This document shows positions 1 through 6,956 of a stretch of DNA of 17,892 nt, piece by piece. Location: contig JABLTI010000056.1 in assembly GCA_013166835.1 (NCBI GenBank), forward strand, positions 1 through 17,892, in the 5' to 3' direction. Origin of the DNA: Promethearchaeati archaeon. GTDB taxonomy: Archaea; Asgardarchaeota; Heimdallarchaeia; JABLTI01. The notes under the pieces are model-generated. The model was not told the origin of the DNA, searched no databases, and saw only the letters and a list, made by a program, of their open reading frames with translations. The translations under genes and the position numbers were made by a program. Each line of letters begins with the position of its first letter. Positions within the stretch are counted from its first letter, which is position 1.

Positions 1-1
1 T

Positions 2-811
2 GAGCTCACACCTAATGGTGGAACCGAACCTTGGGGTGATGCTTTATACTTGGCAAATACTTGGGATTGGCGAGATGAAGTTCCAAAACTCCTCATCATT
101 GTTGGAGATGAAGATTGTGATCCCGGCATGGTAGTAGGAGTTGGAAGTTCAGAAACCTATTACAATGGAACACAATTATTAAATGTTGTAACAAACTTGA
201 AGGAGAAAGGTGTCAAGATAAATTCCGTCATAACCGGGATAAGTGGAATTGTTGAAAATCAATTTAATTGGATAGCAGACTATACTGGAGGAGAATGTGT
301 TAACTTAGAAGAATTACAATCACTCCCTGAACCAATTGATTTACCAGAACTCATTGAGACTTGGTCTTTGTCATTGACTCGAGAGTTTTTCGTCAATCTT
401 TATGCAAATGTCACTTGGATTGAATTAGATGATGATACAAATCCATCCTGGGATACTCAAGTTTCTATGTATATAATTATAGATTTGGCACCCCCCTCAA
501 TCCAAGTCTCGTATATTATAACTGAAGAATCAGTTAATGATTTCACTTTAGATTTGACGATTACACCAAGAGATCCTTCAGGAATTCTCTCAGCAAGCCT
601 GTATTGGACAGATGATGATCTAAATACCCCTCCGGAACCAACCTGGCATTTCGTTCCCTTAACGACCAAAATTGGTGATTCTTATGTCGAAGCATTTACT
701 GGTTTAATATCAGGACAAAATTTCTCATTTTATATCTCAGCATTGGATACTATGAGTAATCTAGGAATTACAGACATCTATAAGATCCAAAGCCGTTCGG
801 AACAGCAGTAG
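2..811 (+). CDS. vWA-domain surface protein, N-terminal part (5'-truncated by window edge; probably frameshifted into the next ORF)
   Basis: Frame is open from base 2 and reads ELTPNGGTEPWGDALYLANTWDWRDEVPKLLIIVGDED...LKEKGVKINSV...IADYTGG, typical of the second half of a vWA/MIDAS domain. It is followed by an acidic beta-rich Ig-like segment (DLAPPSI...DPSGILSASLYW...FYISALD). The last residues (KIQSRSEQQ) look like out-of-frame run-off. Confidence 0.8.
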   Translation, partial: ELTPNGGTEPWGDALYLANTWDWRDEVPKLLIIVGDEDCDPGMVVGVGSSETYYNGTQLLNVVTNLKEKGVKINSVITGISGIVENQFNWIADYTGGECVNLEELQSLPEPIDLPELIETWSLSLTREFFVNLYANVTWIELDDDTNPSWDTQVSMYIIIDLAPPSIQVSYIITEESVNDFTLDLTITPRDPSGILSASLYWTDDDLNTPPEPTWHFVPLTTKIGDSYVEAFTGLISGQNFSFYISALDTMSNLGITDIYKIQSRSEQQ

Positions 812-858
812 AATTCCTATTAATAAGTGATAATTCTAATAAAACCATTAGTTTTGAC

Positions 859-1488
859 TTGGATACTCAAACGATTGGTTATTTATGGATAACATCTGAG
901 CAAACTTTGACATTTGAATTCCTTCCATTGGTAGACTTTACTGCATTATTAGTCCACCAAGTAGGGAATTACTCAATTTATCAAATTACAGCATTAAGTA
1001 CTAACAAAATAGTATCCGTAAAATTCTATGGCGATACTAGCAGTTCTGCAATCGAAGTACAATGGGATTATGTTCATGTTGTTGCTCGAGCAGATATTAA
1101 TCATATTCAATGGACTATTAATGAAGAAATAGCAACTATTCTTATACAATCTGAAGTAACAGATTCAGAAGGGGGATTTCTATCTGTAATAATGTATGAT
1201 AGTCAATTGATTGTGAGAGTTCATATTTTTGACTCAACATGGACCAAAATTGGTATAGCCACCGCAGCAGAAGCCATTGCATTGGATACTGGTTCGTATT
1301 ACTTCTGGGTTGAAACAATCTTGCGAACAGGCAGATTCTCGCTATATATTGGTAGCACTCCGCGAACAACAGATGATCCATATCAAACAGCTTACATATC
1401 AGGACCATCATTTCTCACAATTATAGCACTATTCTCATTATCATTAGTAATAATGACTTTGCTCTCATGGTACAGAAGGAGGAAATGA
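859..1488 (+). CDS. C-terminal part of the vWA surface protein: beta-rich ectodomain plus C-terminal membrane anchor
   Basis: This frame is open from 784 (DPKPFGTAVEFLLISDNSNKTISFDLDTQ), overlapping the end of the upstream ORF. It has no signal peptide or obvious RBS of its own, and ends in GPSF + hydrophobic helix (LTIIALFSLSLVIMTLLSWY) + RRRK. Confidence 0.7.
   Translation: MDTQTIGYLWITSEQTLTFEFLPLVDFTALLVHQVGNYSIYQITALSTNKIVSVKFYGDTSSSAIEVQWDYVHVVARADINHIQWTINEEIATILIQSEVTDSEGGFLSVIMYDSQLIVRVHIFDSTWTKIGIATAAEAIALDTGSYYFWVETILRTGRFSLYIGSTPRTTDDPYQTAYISGPSFLTIIALFSLSLVIMTLLSWYRRRK
1477..1482 (+). promoter_or_regulatory. Shine-Dalgarno site for the 1490 TTG start (translational coupling)
   Basis: AGGAGG lies 7 nt upstream of TTG at 1490, inside the RRRK codons of the upstream gene, whose TGA ends at 1488. 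Confidence 0.65.
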
Positions 1489-1489
1489 T

Positions 1490-4400
1490 TTGAGGAAGAA
1501 ATTCTTTACTTATGTTATTATCTCAAGTGTGCTTATTGTTTCCATCCTTATCTCAGCATTTGCTGTTAATTTATCGAGAACTAGAGAAATCTTATCTGAA
1601 CCAGAATTTGTGGAGGATTATTCATACCTTCTATATGATAACACTCAATATGATTTTAACAATGACAAAATAGTCAAGATTGATTTTAATACTTCATATA
1701 ATTTTATTGAAGTAATCAATTTGGACCCAGCTCAAAGTTTCGAAGGTGGAATTGCATCAATTGGAAGCATTGAAAATGCCACAAATATGGAACATGGAGT
1801 TGTTGAATTATTTACCTTTACAAAAAACTTGGACGTAATTAGTTACCAGAATACTGCTTCTTATGTTGATACAACTGCATACAATAAAACAAAATACTTG
1901 ACCGGAAAAGCAATTGATAACCGTTTTGATGGTGAAATAGGAAATCCAATGATTGCTTTACTAAAAGAAATACCGCTTAATGACACACATTGGATTGATT
2001 TTCTCGAGATAAATTCCAACAGCCTAGATTTCAATTATACTTATTCAATACCTAAACCTCATTTCGAGGAAATATCTGATTTTGAAATCATAGACGTAGA
2101 TAGTGATGGCAAATATGAGTTATTTGTTCTCGGTAGAAATACCACCAATCCAACAAATTATTCCTTAGCTGAATACAGTTATAATTCGTCAGCTAAAATC
2201 TATAATCTTACCAACACTTACATTTGGAATGGTACAAACCAAAACTTGATTGAGATGAGTGTGATTGCAGAAGCTGCCAATGTTCATTTCATCATCGCAG
2301 GTATAGATTCTTCTTCTTTGGAATCCTTTACACAAGTAATCTCAATTACTCGAGGTAGTACTCGCAGTTTCAGTCTAACAGGATTAGAATACTATTCCTT
2401 TGGTGCAGATACTTTCAGAGTTTATGGAATGAAATTGTATGATACTGGTGCTGCAAACTCTCGAGGTGTAGCCTTATTCGGTTCTTACAGTGTAGGTGTT
2501 TCTGATACCTATCCATTTTGTCTTAATATTGTAGATATTGTAAATCCAATAATTGCTCCAGATTTCATAAGTTTGAGCTATAACCCAAGTTGGTCATTTG
2601 ATGGTTTAATGGTGGACATAGATTACGATGGGATTGATGAGATAATTCAAACAACCTATGATTTAGTTGGGACAATAAAGAGTGATTATGTGGTCATGAC
2701 GAGTTCTGGATTAACAGAGGTTAATAGTGATACTACTGATCTCTACCAAATAAGATCAAGTGCTAATTTGGGTTTATCCGAGTTCCAGATATCCTCCTGG
2801 ATTGGTAAAAATGACTTGGATAATTTTGCAATTGAGTTCTATTATCCTCATCATGTTTCTTATCAGTTATTTGGTAATGCTGAAGTATTAACTCAATATG
2901 AAGATAATCATTTTTACTTAACAACTACCAACCTGGCAGGGAATTCTCAATCAAGATTGGATTTAGAGATTCATGTTGGTTTGTTTTCGGATCCACTGGT
3001 AGATAGGCAACTGACATCAACTCCTGGTAATTTTACATATTATGCCGTTGAAATAGTTCCCCCAGAAATAAATGAAGAAATTATCCTAAATATTACTAAG
3101 GGAACAGTCAAGTTGATCAAAGATGAAATACCAATAAACATTGAATATCCGCTAAACGCTTTGGTTTTAACTCCTCCAGGTTCTGTTCAGATACGAAATG
3201 CTCCTATGAAAACACAAACCTATGAGGTATCAATAGAAAATACCCTTTCACAAGAGATCATTGTAACATTTGAAATTAGTGGTTCAGTATCAAATTATTC
3301 ATTTATTAATCAAATTAACCTTACAGTTGGTGAATCAGTATCTATACATTTAGATTTCGTTTTCTACGGTTCAATTCCAGAAGCCAAATACGAAGAAACT
3401 ATTACCATTACACTAACAACTCCTGCCGGTATCCATAAATTCGAATCAACAATACTTGTAACAAATCTCTTCCATGTGACAGTCAATGATTTGTTTGTGA
3501 TTTTTGGAATTATTGCAGTTCTAGTTGTAATAATCTACATTGGATTAGCAATGATGATTTTACGAAGAACAGAAGAGGCATTTGATAAACACTTTACAAC
3601 AGAAGAACCAGTTAGACTGGACTTTAAGATTTTCAAGAAGAAAGCACTCAGTAATCTAATACAGAAATACTCTCTGGAAAGGAATTGGAAAGCAGGGATA
3701 AACATGGCCAAAGAATACCAGCCAAAATATGTCTCGCATTTCCATAAATACAAAGTGAAGGAGCAATTGATTTCTGGTCAAAAATTGATGGATCAAGGCA
3801 AATTTGATGATGGATTATCTTATTGGCAAGAAGCAAGAGACTCTCTAGAAGTGATTGGACAACATGAATGGATAGACATGTTGACCTGGTTAATAGACCC
3901 ACTTCAAAGAATCGTAGAAATTAGAGCAATGAAAGGAACTGAAAAAGCAGCGGCCTTAGAAAAAGAATTCCAGAATCTAAACAGTATGAAAGATCAGGAA
4001 TTCGTGATACTCGAAACAAAAATTAACATACCATTATACCTTGTTGCTGAGGAATTGGGAATAGCTCTAAAGGATGCAAATGAACTGCAAACCTCCCTCA
4101 ATTACTTACAATTAGCCTATCAAGGAGCCCCTGAGAAATTCAAAAACAGAATCGTAACTGAGATAACTAGCTTGATTAGCCTAGGTGTTACCCCTACAGA
4201 GTTTGCAATGCCGATAGATCACGAAGCTATAAGGGAGAGAATAGAAAAGAGAGTCGTGAGATGCTTTTCATGTGGAGAAGCAAGGACAAATATTAACGAG
4301 GTTTGCTCGAATTGTGGTATTGATACTGTTCTCTGTTCTGTGTGTAAACTACCAATTAGTTTCGGTTCAGAACCTCTAGAATGTTATCACTGTCAGAACG

Positions 4401-4510
4401 TCGCTCACAAAGAGCATTTGCTTGAGTGGGTGAAAGTGAAAGGGATTTGTCCTGTTTGTCAACAAAAGCTTGTTGCTGATAAGCTCACCATCGCAGAGGA
4501 AAAGGAATAG
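1490..4510 (+). CDS. Single-pass membrane receptor-like protein with FG-GAP/VCBS-like ectodomain and cytoplasmic zinc finger + RING-like domain (putative transmembrane E3 ligase)
   Basis: N-terminal signal/TM (MRKKFFTYVIISSVLIVSILISAFA); more than ten N-x-S/T sequons; DxDxDG Ca-binding loops DVDSDGKYEL (aa202) and DIDYDGIDEI (aa376); Ig-like segment at about aa560-660; TM aa668-691 followed by RR; helical TPR-like region; C925-x2-C-x10-C-x2-C finger; then C949-x2-C-x12-C-x2-C-x4-H-x2-H-x3-W-x6-C-P-x-C. Confidence 0.85.
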   Translation: MRKKFFTYVIISSVLIVSILISAFAVNLSRTREILSEPEFVEDYSYLLYDNTQYDFNNDKIVKIDFNTSYNFIEVINLDPAQSFEGGIASIGSIENATNMEHGVVELFTFTKNLDVISYQNTASYVDTTAYNKTKYLTGKAIDNRFDGEIGNPMIALLKEIPLNDTHWIDFLEINSNSLDFNYTYSIPKPHFEEISDFEIIDVDSDGKYELFVLGRNTTNPTNYSLAEYSYNSSAKIYNLTNTYIWNGTNQNLIEMSVIAEAANVHFIIAGIDSSSLESFTQVISITRGSTRSFSLTGLEYYSFGADTFRVYGMKLYDTGAANSRGVALFGSYSVGVSDTYPFCLNIVDIVNPIIAPDFISLSYNPSWSFDGLMVDIDYDGIDEIIQTTYDLVGTIKSDYVVMTSSGLTEVNSDTTDLYQIRSSANLGLSEFQISSWIGKNDLDNFAIEFYYPHHVSYQLFGNAEVLTQYEDNHFYLTTTNLAGNSQSRLDLEIHVGLFSDPLVDRQLTSTPGNFTYYAVEIVPPEINEEIILNITKGTVKLIKDEIPINIEYPLNALVLTPPGSVQIRNAPMKTQTYEVSIENTLSQEIIVTFEISGSVSNYSFINQINLTVGESVSIHLDFVFYGSIPEAKYEETITITLTTPAGIHKFESTILVTNLFHVTVNDLFVIFGIIAVLVVIIYIGLAMMILRRTEEAFDKHFTTEEPVRLDFKIFKKKALSNLIQKYSLERNWKAGINMAKEYQPKYVSHFHKYKVKEQLISGQKLMDQGKFDDGLSYWQEARDSLEVIGQHEWIDMLTWLIDPLQRIVEIRAMKGTEKAAALEKEFQNLNSMKDQEFVILETKINIPLYLVAEELGIALKDANELQTSLNYLQLAYQGAPEKFKNRIVTEITSLISLGVTPTEFAMPIDHEAIRERIEKRVVRCFSCGEARTNINEVCSNCGIDTVLCSVCKLPISFGSEPLECYHCQNVAHKEHLLEWVKVKGICPVCQQKLVADKLTIAEEKE

Positions 4511-4539
4511 CATATCTATCCATCCATAGGGGAAAGAGT

Positions 4540-4583
4540 AAGCTGCCCCTCAAGCAATTGGGGGGTTAGCTTTTCTCCTTTTT
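4540..4583 (+). terminator. Stem-loop plus U-rich tract between convergent genes
   Basis: aagctgcccctcaa-GCAA-ttggggggttagctt forms a hairpin with a GNRA loop and G-U pairs on the + strand, followed by ttctcctttttt. It overlaps the stop codon of the convergent CYTH gene. Confidence 0.6.
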
Positions 4584-5087
4584 CTTCTCGAGTAATAAGT
4601 CGCTATATGAATGGCTTTGAATATCAATTTCTTTAATATCAAATAATTTAATGTAAGACCGAACTATTTCATCCATATGTTCAATTTCATCAGGATTAGT
4701 TGTTATTGCTTCAATTTCTACAAATTTTCCTAATCCCTCTACATCATCAATATTGAATTTAACGTTATCAATAAAGTAAACCTCTCGTTTCTTCTCAACA
4801 GTTACAAGCTCCCCGAGAGCTATTTTGAGAAGTTCCTCAAGTTTTTCAGGTTCCGGAGTTTTGTAGAGAAAATACTCACTTGGTTTTATCCCTTTAATAT
4901 TATCTCGTATGTAAAACACTAAAACACTTTCAATTGTGCTCTTACGAATTTTCAATCTGCCAGTTGGGTTTTTAAAATAAACGTCAATTTGATGATCTTC
5001 TCCACCAAAGAGTGCCCCTTTTTTCTTCAATATATTCCTAATGCGAGTATGATCTTCACATTTAGCTTTAATCTCAACATCGATCAA
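4566..5087 (-). CDS. cyaB: CYTH-domain protein, class IV adenylate cyclase (CyaB)-like / triphosphate tunnel metalloenzyme
   Basis: N-terminal DVEIK (variant of ExExK), QIDVYF, RLKIR, VEKKREVY, IDDVEGLGKFVEIE and C-terminal SYSDLL. TTG start with GGTGA SD 7 nt upstream. Confidence 0.88.
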   Translation of the reverse strand: MIDVEIKAKCEDHTRIRNILKKKGALFGGEDHQIDVYFKNPTGRLKIRKSTIESVLVFYIRDNIKGIKPSEYFLYKTPEPEKLEELLKIALGELVTVEKKREVYFIDNVKFNIDDVEGLGKFVEIEAITTNPDEIEHMDEIVRSYIKLFDIKEIDIQSHSYSDLLLEKKKEKS

Positions 5088-5212
5088 ATTTGATTCACCA
5101 TGAATGCAATTTGCCTGTGGGTAATTTGCCCAACCTATCTTAGTTTTTTCACTATTTTAGAGTATTCCAACAAGATTCCTAAGTAAATTCTAAAAAAAAT
5201 TTCGTTCGAAAT

Positions 5213-5307
5213 CAAAAACGCGGGACCGATTCGAGTAGAACCGACCCGCGTCGAAACAGGAGATAGTCAATATTCAAAATGGCGTGCCAAATGGCATTAT
5301 GCACGCT
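5213..5307 (-). ncRNA. Candidate ~95-nt small structured RNA (or leader of the CYTH gene)
   Basis: GC-rich island in an AT-rich spacer. 5' stem GCGUGC/GCACGC, a single-stranded linker, a 3' stem ACGCGGGUCGGUUC-UACUC-GAAUCGGUCCCGCGU whose G-U pairs work only on the minus strand, then a U-run. A TATA-like box lies about 25 nt upstream. Confidence 0.5.
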
Positions 5308-5328
5308 AAGTAATATTAGCTTTCTAAA

Positions 5329-5345
5329 AATATAAAGGTATTCTT
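5329..5345 (-). promoter_or_regulatory. Archaeal TATA-like box for the candidate RNA at 5307
   Basis: Minus strand reads aagaatacc-TTTATATT. Standard archaeal spacing puts the start site at about 5306-5308, the first bases of the 5' stem. Confidence 0.45.
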
Positions 5346-5500
5346 CTAGCTGATTTTGAATCATTCAATTGTTTCCTTAACCAATTGACTAATTATTTCA
5401 ACTAATTTTATATTGATTTAATCATTTGTTATGACTAATTAAATAAATAAACATCAAAACAAATAATAAATATCTGAAATCAAATGGAAAATCTTCATTC

Positions 5501-5746
5501 TTAACTTAATGCCTCTGGCAAATCATCAATTCGTTTCAAAATAAAATATACACCAACTGCAATTCCTGCAAAAATTAAAGCACCAAAAATTATCCCCATA
5601 GCACTTCCGGCACTACCAAAAACAAACATAGCAATTATACTACCAATACCGATTACTACAATCCAACCGATGATAGATTTCTTACTTTTAGCTGTCTTAT
5701 TGTTAATAATTCTTTGAATTTCTATCATCTGTTTATCCTCAATCAC
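5501..5746 (-). CDS. Small membrane protein with a two-helix hairpin
   Basis: 81-aa ORF with a basic N-terminal stretch (KTAKSKKS), two hydrophobic Gly-rich helices and KR after the second. It fills an otherwise empty region; the start codon is uncertain. Confidence 0.65.
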   Translation of the reverse strand: MIEDKQMIEIQRIINNKTAKSKKSIIGWIVVIGIGSIIAMFVFGSAGSAMGIIFGALIFAGIAVGVYFILKRIDDLPEALS

Positions 5747-5903
5747 TTAACAAATCATATACTCATTAACTATTATTAAAAATTATTGAACCAGAATTTC
5801 ATTTATCCTTTTGTATTTTTTAAGAAAAAAGGCAAATTACCATATGTTTTTAAGATTCAAAATAAGAAAAAGATACATAGGACTTAATCATTAGGTTGAT
5901 ATT

Positions 5904-6956
5904 ATGAGTGAAGACAAGCTTTCTGCTTTAAAAAATTTGATTGATACTCCCAAGGATTTGCACAAGTTGAAGATCTATGAGGGGAAATTAAATCAAGCAT
6001 GTACTTTTCTTCTCTTTGATAGTCGGAAAATTGTGATTAATTCTGAAGCATCTAGTAAATCTATAGAAGAAGCTGCTCGTTTAATTCCACAAATAAGAAC
6101 CCGGGTGGAATCTCTCATTGATAGAGCAAGAACACAAGATCTCAGGATAAGACCAGGAACCCCTGAGAAAATACAAAAACTAATAGCTAATAATAGTTTG
6201 CTCTTTGATTTCATCATTTTCAGTCGTGGTTGGGATCTAAAGGAGGAACTAAAGGAACTGGATTCATTACTTGTTTTAGGAGAGGTTGATAAGATAAAAG
6301 ACCATGTAAAAAAAGTATTAGAGCACATTCAAACGATAGACGAATTATTCGCACAAAAAGATCATGCTAAAACTAATATTCAATCCTCTGAAGATGTTGC
6401 CGCAATTTTGTTGGAGAGATATAATAAAGAAATGGCCATTGCTGAACAAGCTGGAGCTTTGAAAGGCATTCTAAAGCTTGACAAACCAAAATTCATTGGA
6501 AAAAGCAAATATTATGATCAACTTGGAAATTTCATTTTGAAAATCGCAATGACTTACGAATTAGAATCCAATGACACTCCAATAGCGATTAGAGCAATAA
6601 ATGCGATTCTAAATAGAGAATATCCTCGAGTAAAAGCTGATCTAAAAGACATAGTTAAAGCGGTTGAGATTCTTGATGAAAATGGCTTACTTATTTTAAA
6701 GCAAGATCATGAAGGATTGTATTGGATTCAGTTAAGTCCATCTGAAAGTGAAGCGAATATTGTCCTAAAAATGGCAGAAGCAAAAGGGTATCTTACATTA
6801 GAAGAAGTTATAATGGAAACAAATTGGTCTATTGAGAAGGCAACAGAAGAATTAGAGAAATTCGTGAAAGCAGGTTGTGCAATTAAAGATGCTAGCTATT
6901 CTTCAGGAACCAAGTATTATTTTCCTGGCTTAAGTGAGGATGATTCAGAGACCTAG
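5904..6956 (+). CDS. ESCRT-II Vps22/Vps36 (EAP30/SNF8)-like tandem winged-helix protein with N-terminal helical extension
   Basis: C-terminal ~145 aa (YYDQLGNFILKI...DLKDIVKAVEILDENG...WIQLSP...IVLKMAEAKGYLTLEEVIMETNWSIEKATEELEKFVKAGCAIKD...YYFPGL) parallel the eukaryotic Vps22 pattern as I recall it (FYYELG..I / DD..RAI..L / VLQLAE..GYVT..E....L.W..ERA...L..L...G.A..D / YW.P.L). Confidence 0.82.
   Translation: MSEDKLSALKNLIDTPKDLHKLKIYEGKLNQACTFLLFDSRKIVINSEASSKSIEEAARLIPQIRTRVESLIDRARTQDLRIRPGTPEKIQKLIANNSLLFDFIIFSRGWDLKEELKELDSLLVLGEVDKIKDHVKKVLEHIQTIDELFAQKDHAKTNIQSSEDVAAILLERYNKEMAIAEQAGALKGILKLDKPKFIGKSKYYDQLGNFILKIAMTYELESNDTPIAIRAINAILNREYPRVKADLKDIVKAVEILDENGLLILKQDHEGLYWIQLSPSESEANIVLKMAEAKGYLTLEEVIMETNWSIEKATEELEKFVKAGCAIKDASYSSGTKYYFPGLSEDDSET

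Noticed and set aside
784-811. Stop-codon readthrough (pyrrolysine/selenocysteine) at TAG 809-811
   Set aside because: The downstream coding sequence is in a different frame and further stops follow in the original frame, so readthrough cannot join the ORFs.
5213-5307. Possible tRNA, C/D or H/ACA guide, or SECIS element
   Set aside because: No cloverleaf with a correctly placed T-loop, no C/D boxes, no ACA tail, and no adjacent gene with a plausible in-frame UGA.
5279-5335. 18-aa ORF MACQMALCTLSNISFLKI on + with upstream AGGAG
   Set aside because: The SD-to-ATG spacing of 16 nt is too long, and G-U pairing in the main hairpin plus the TATA position favour a minus-strand RNA.
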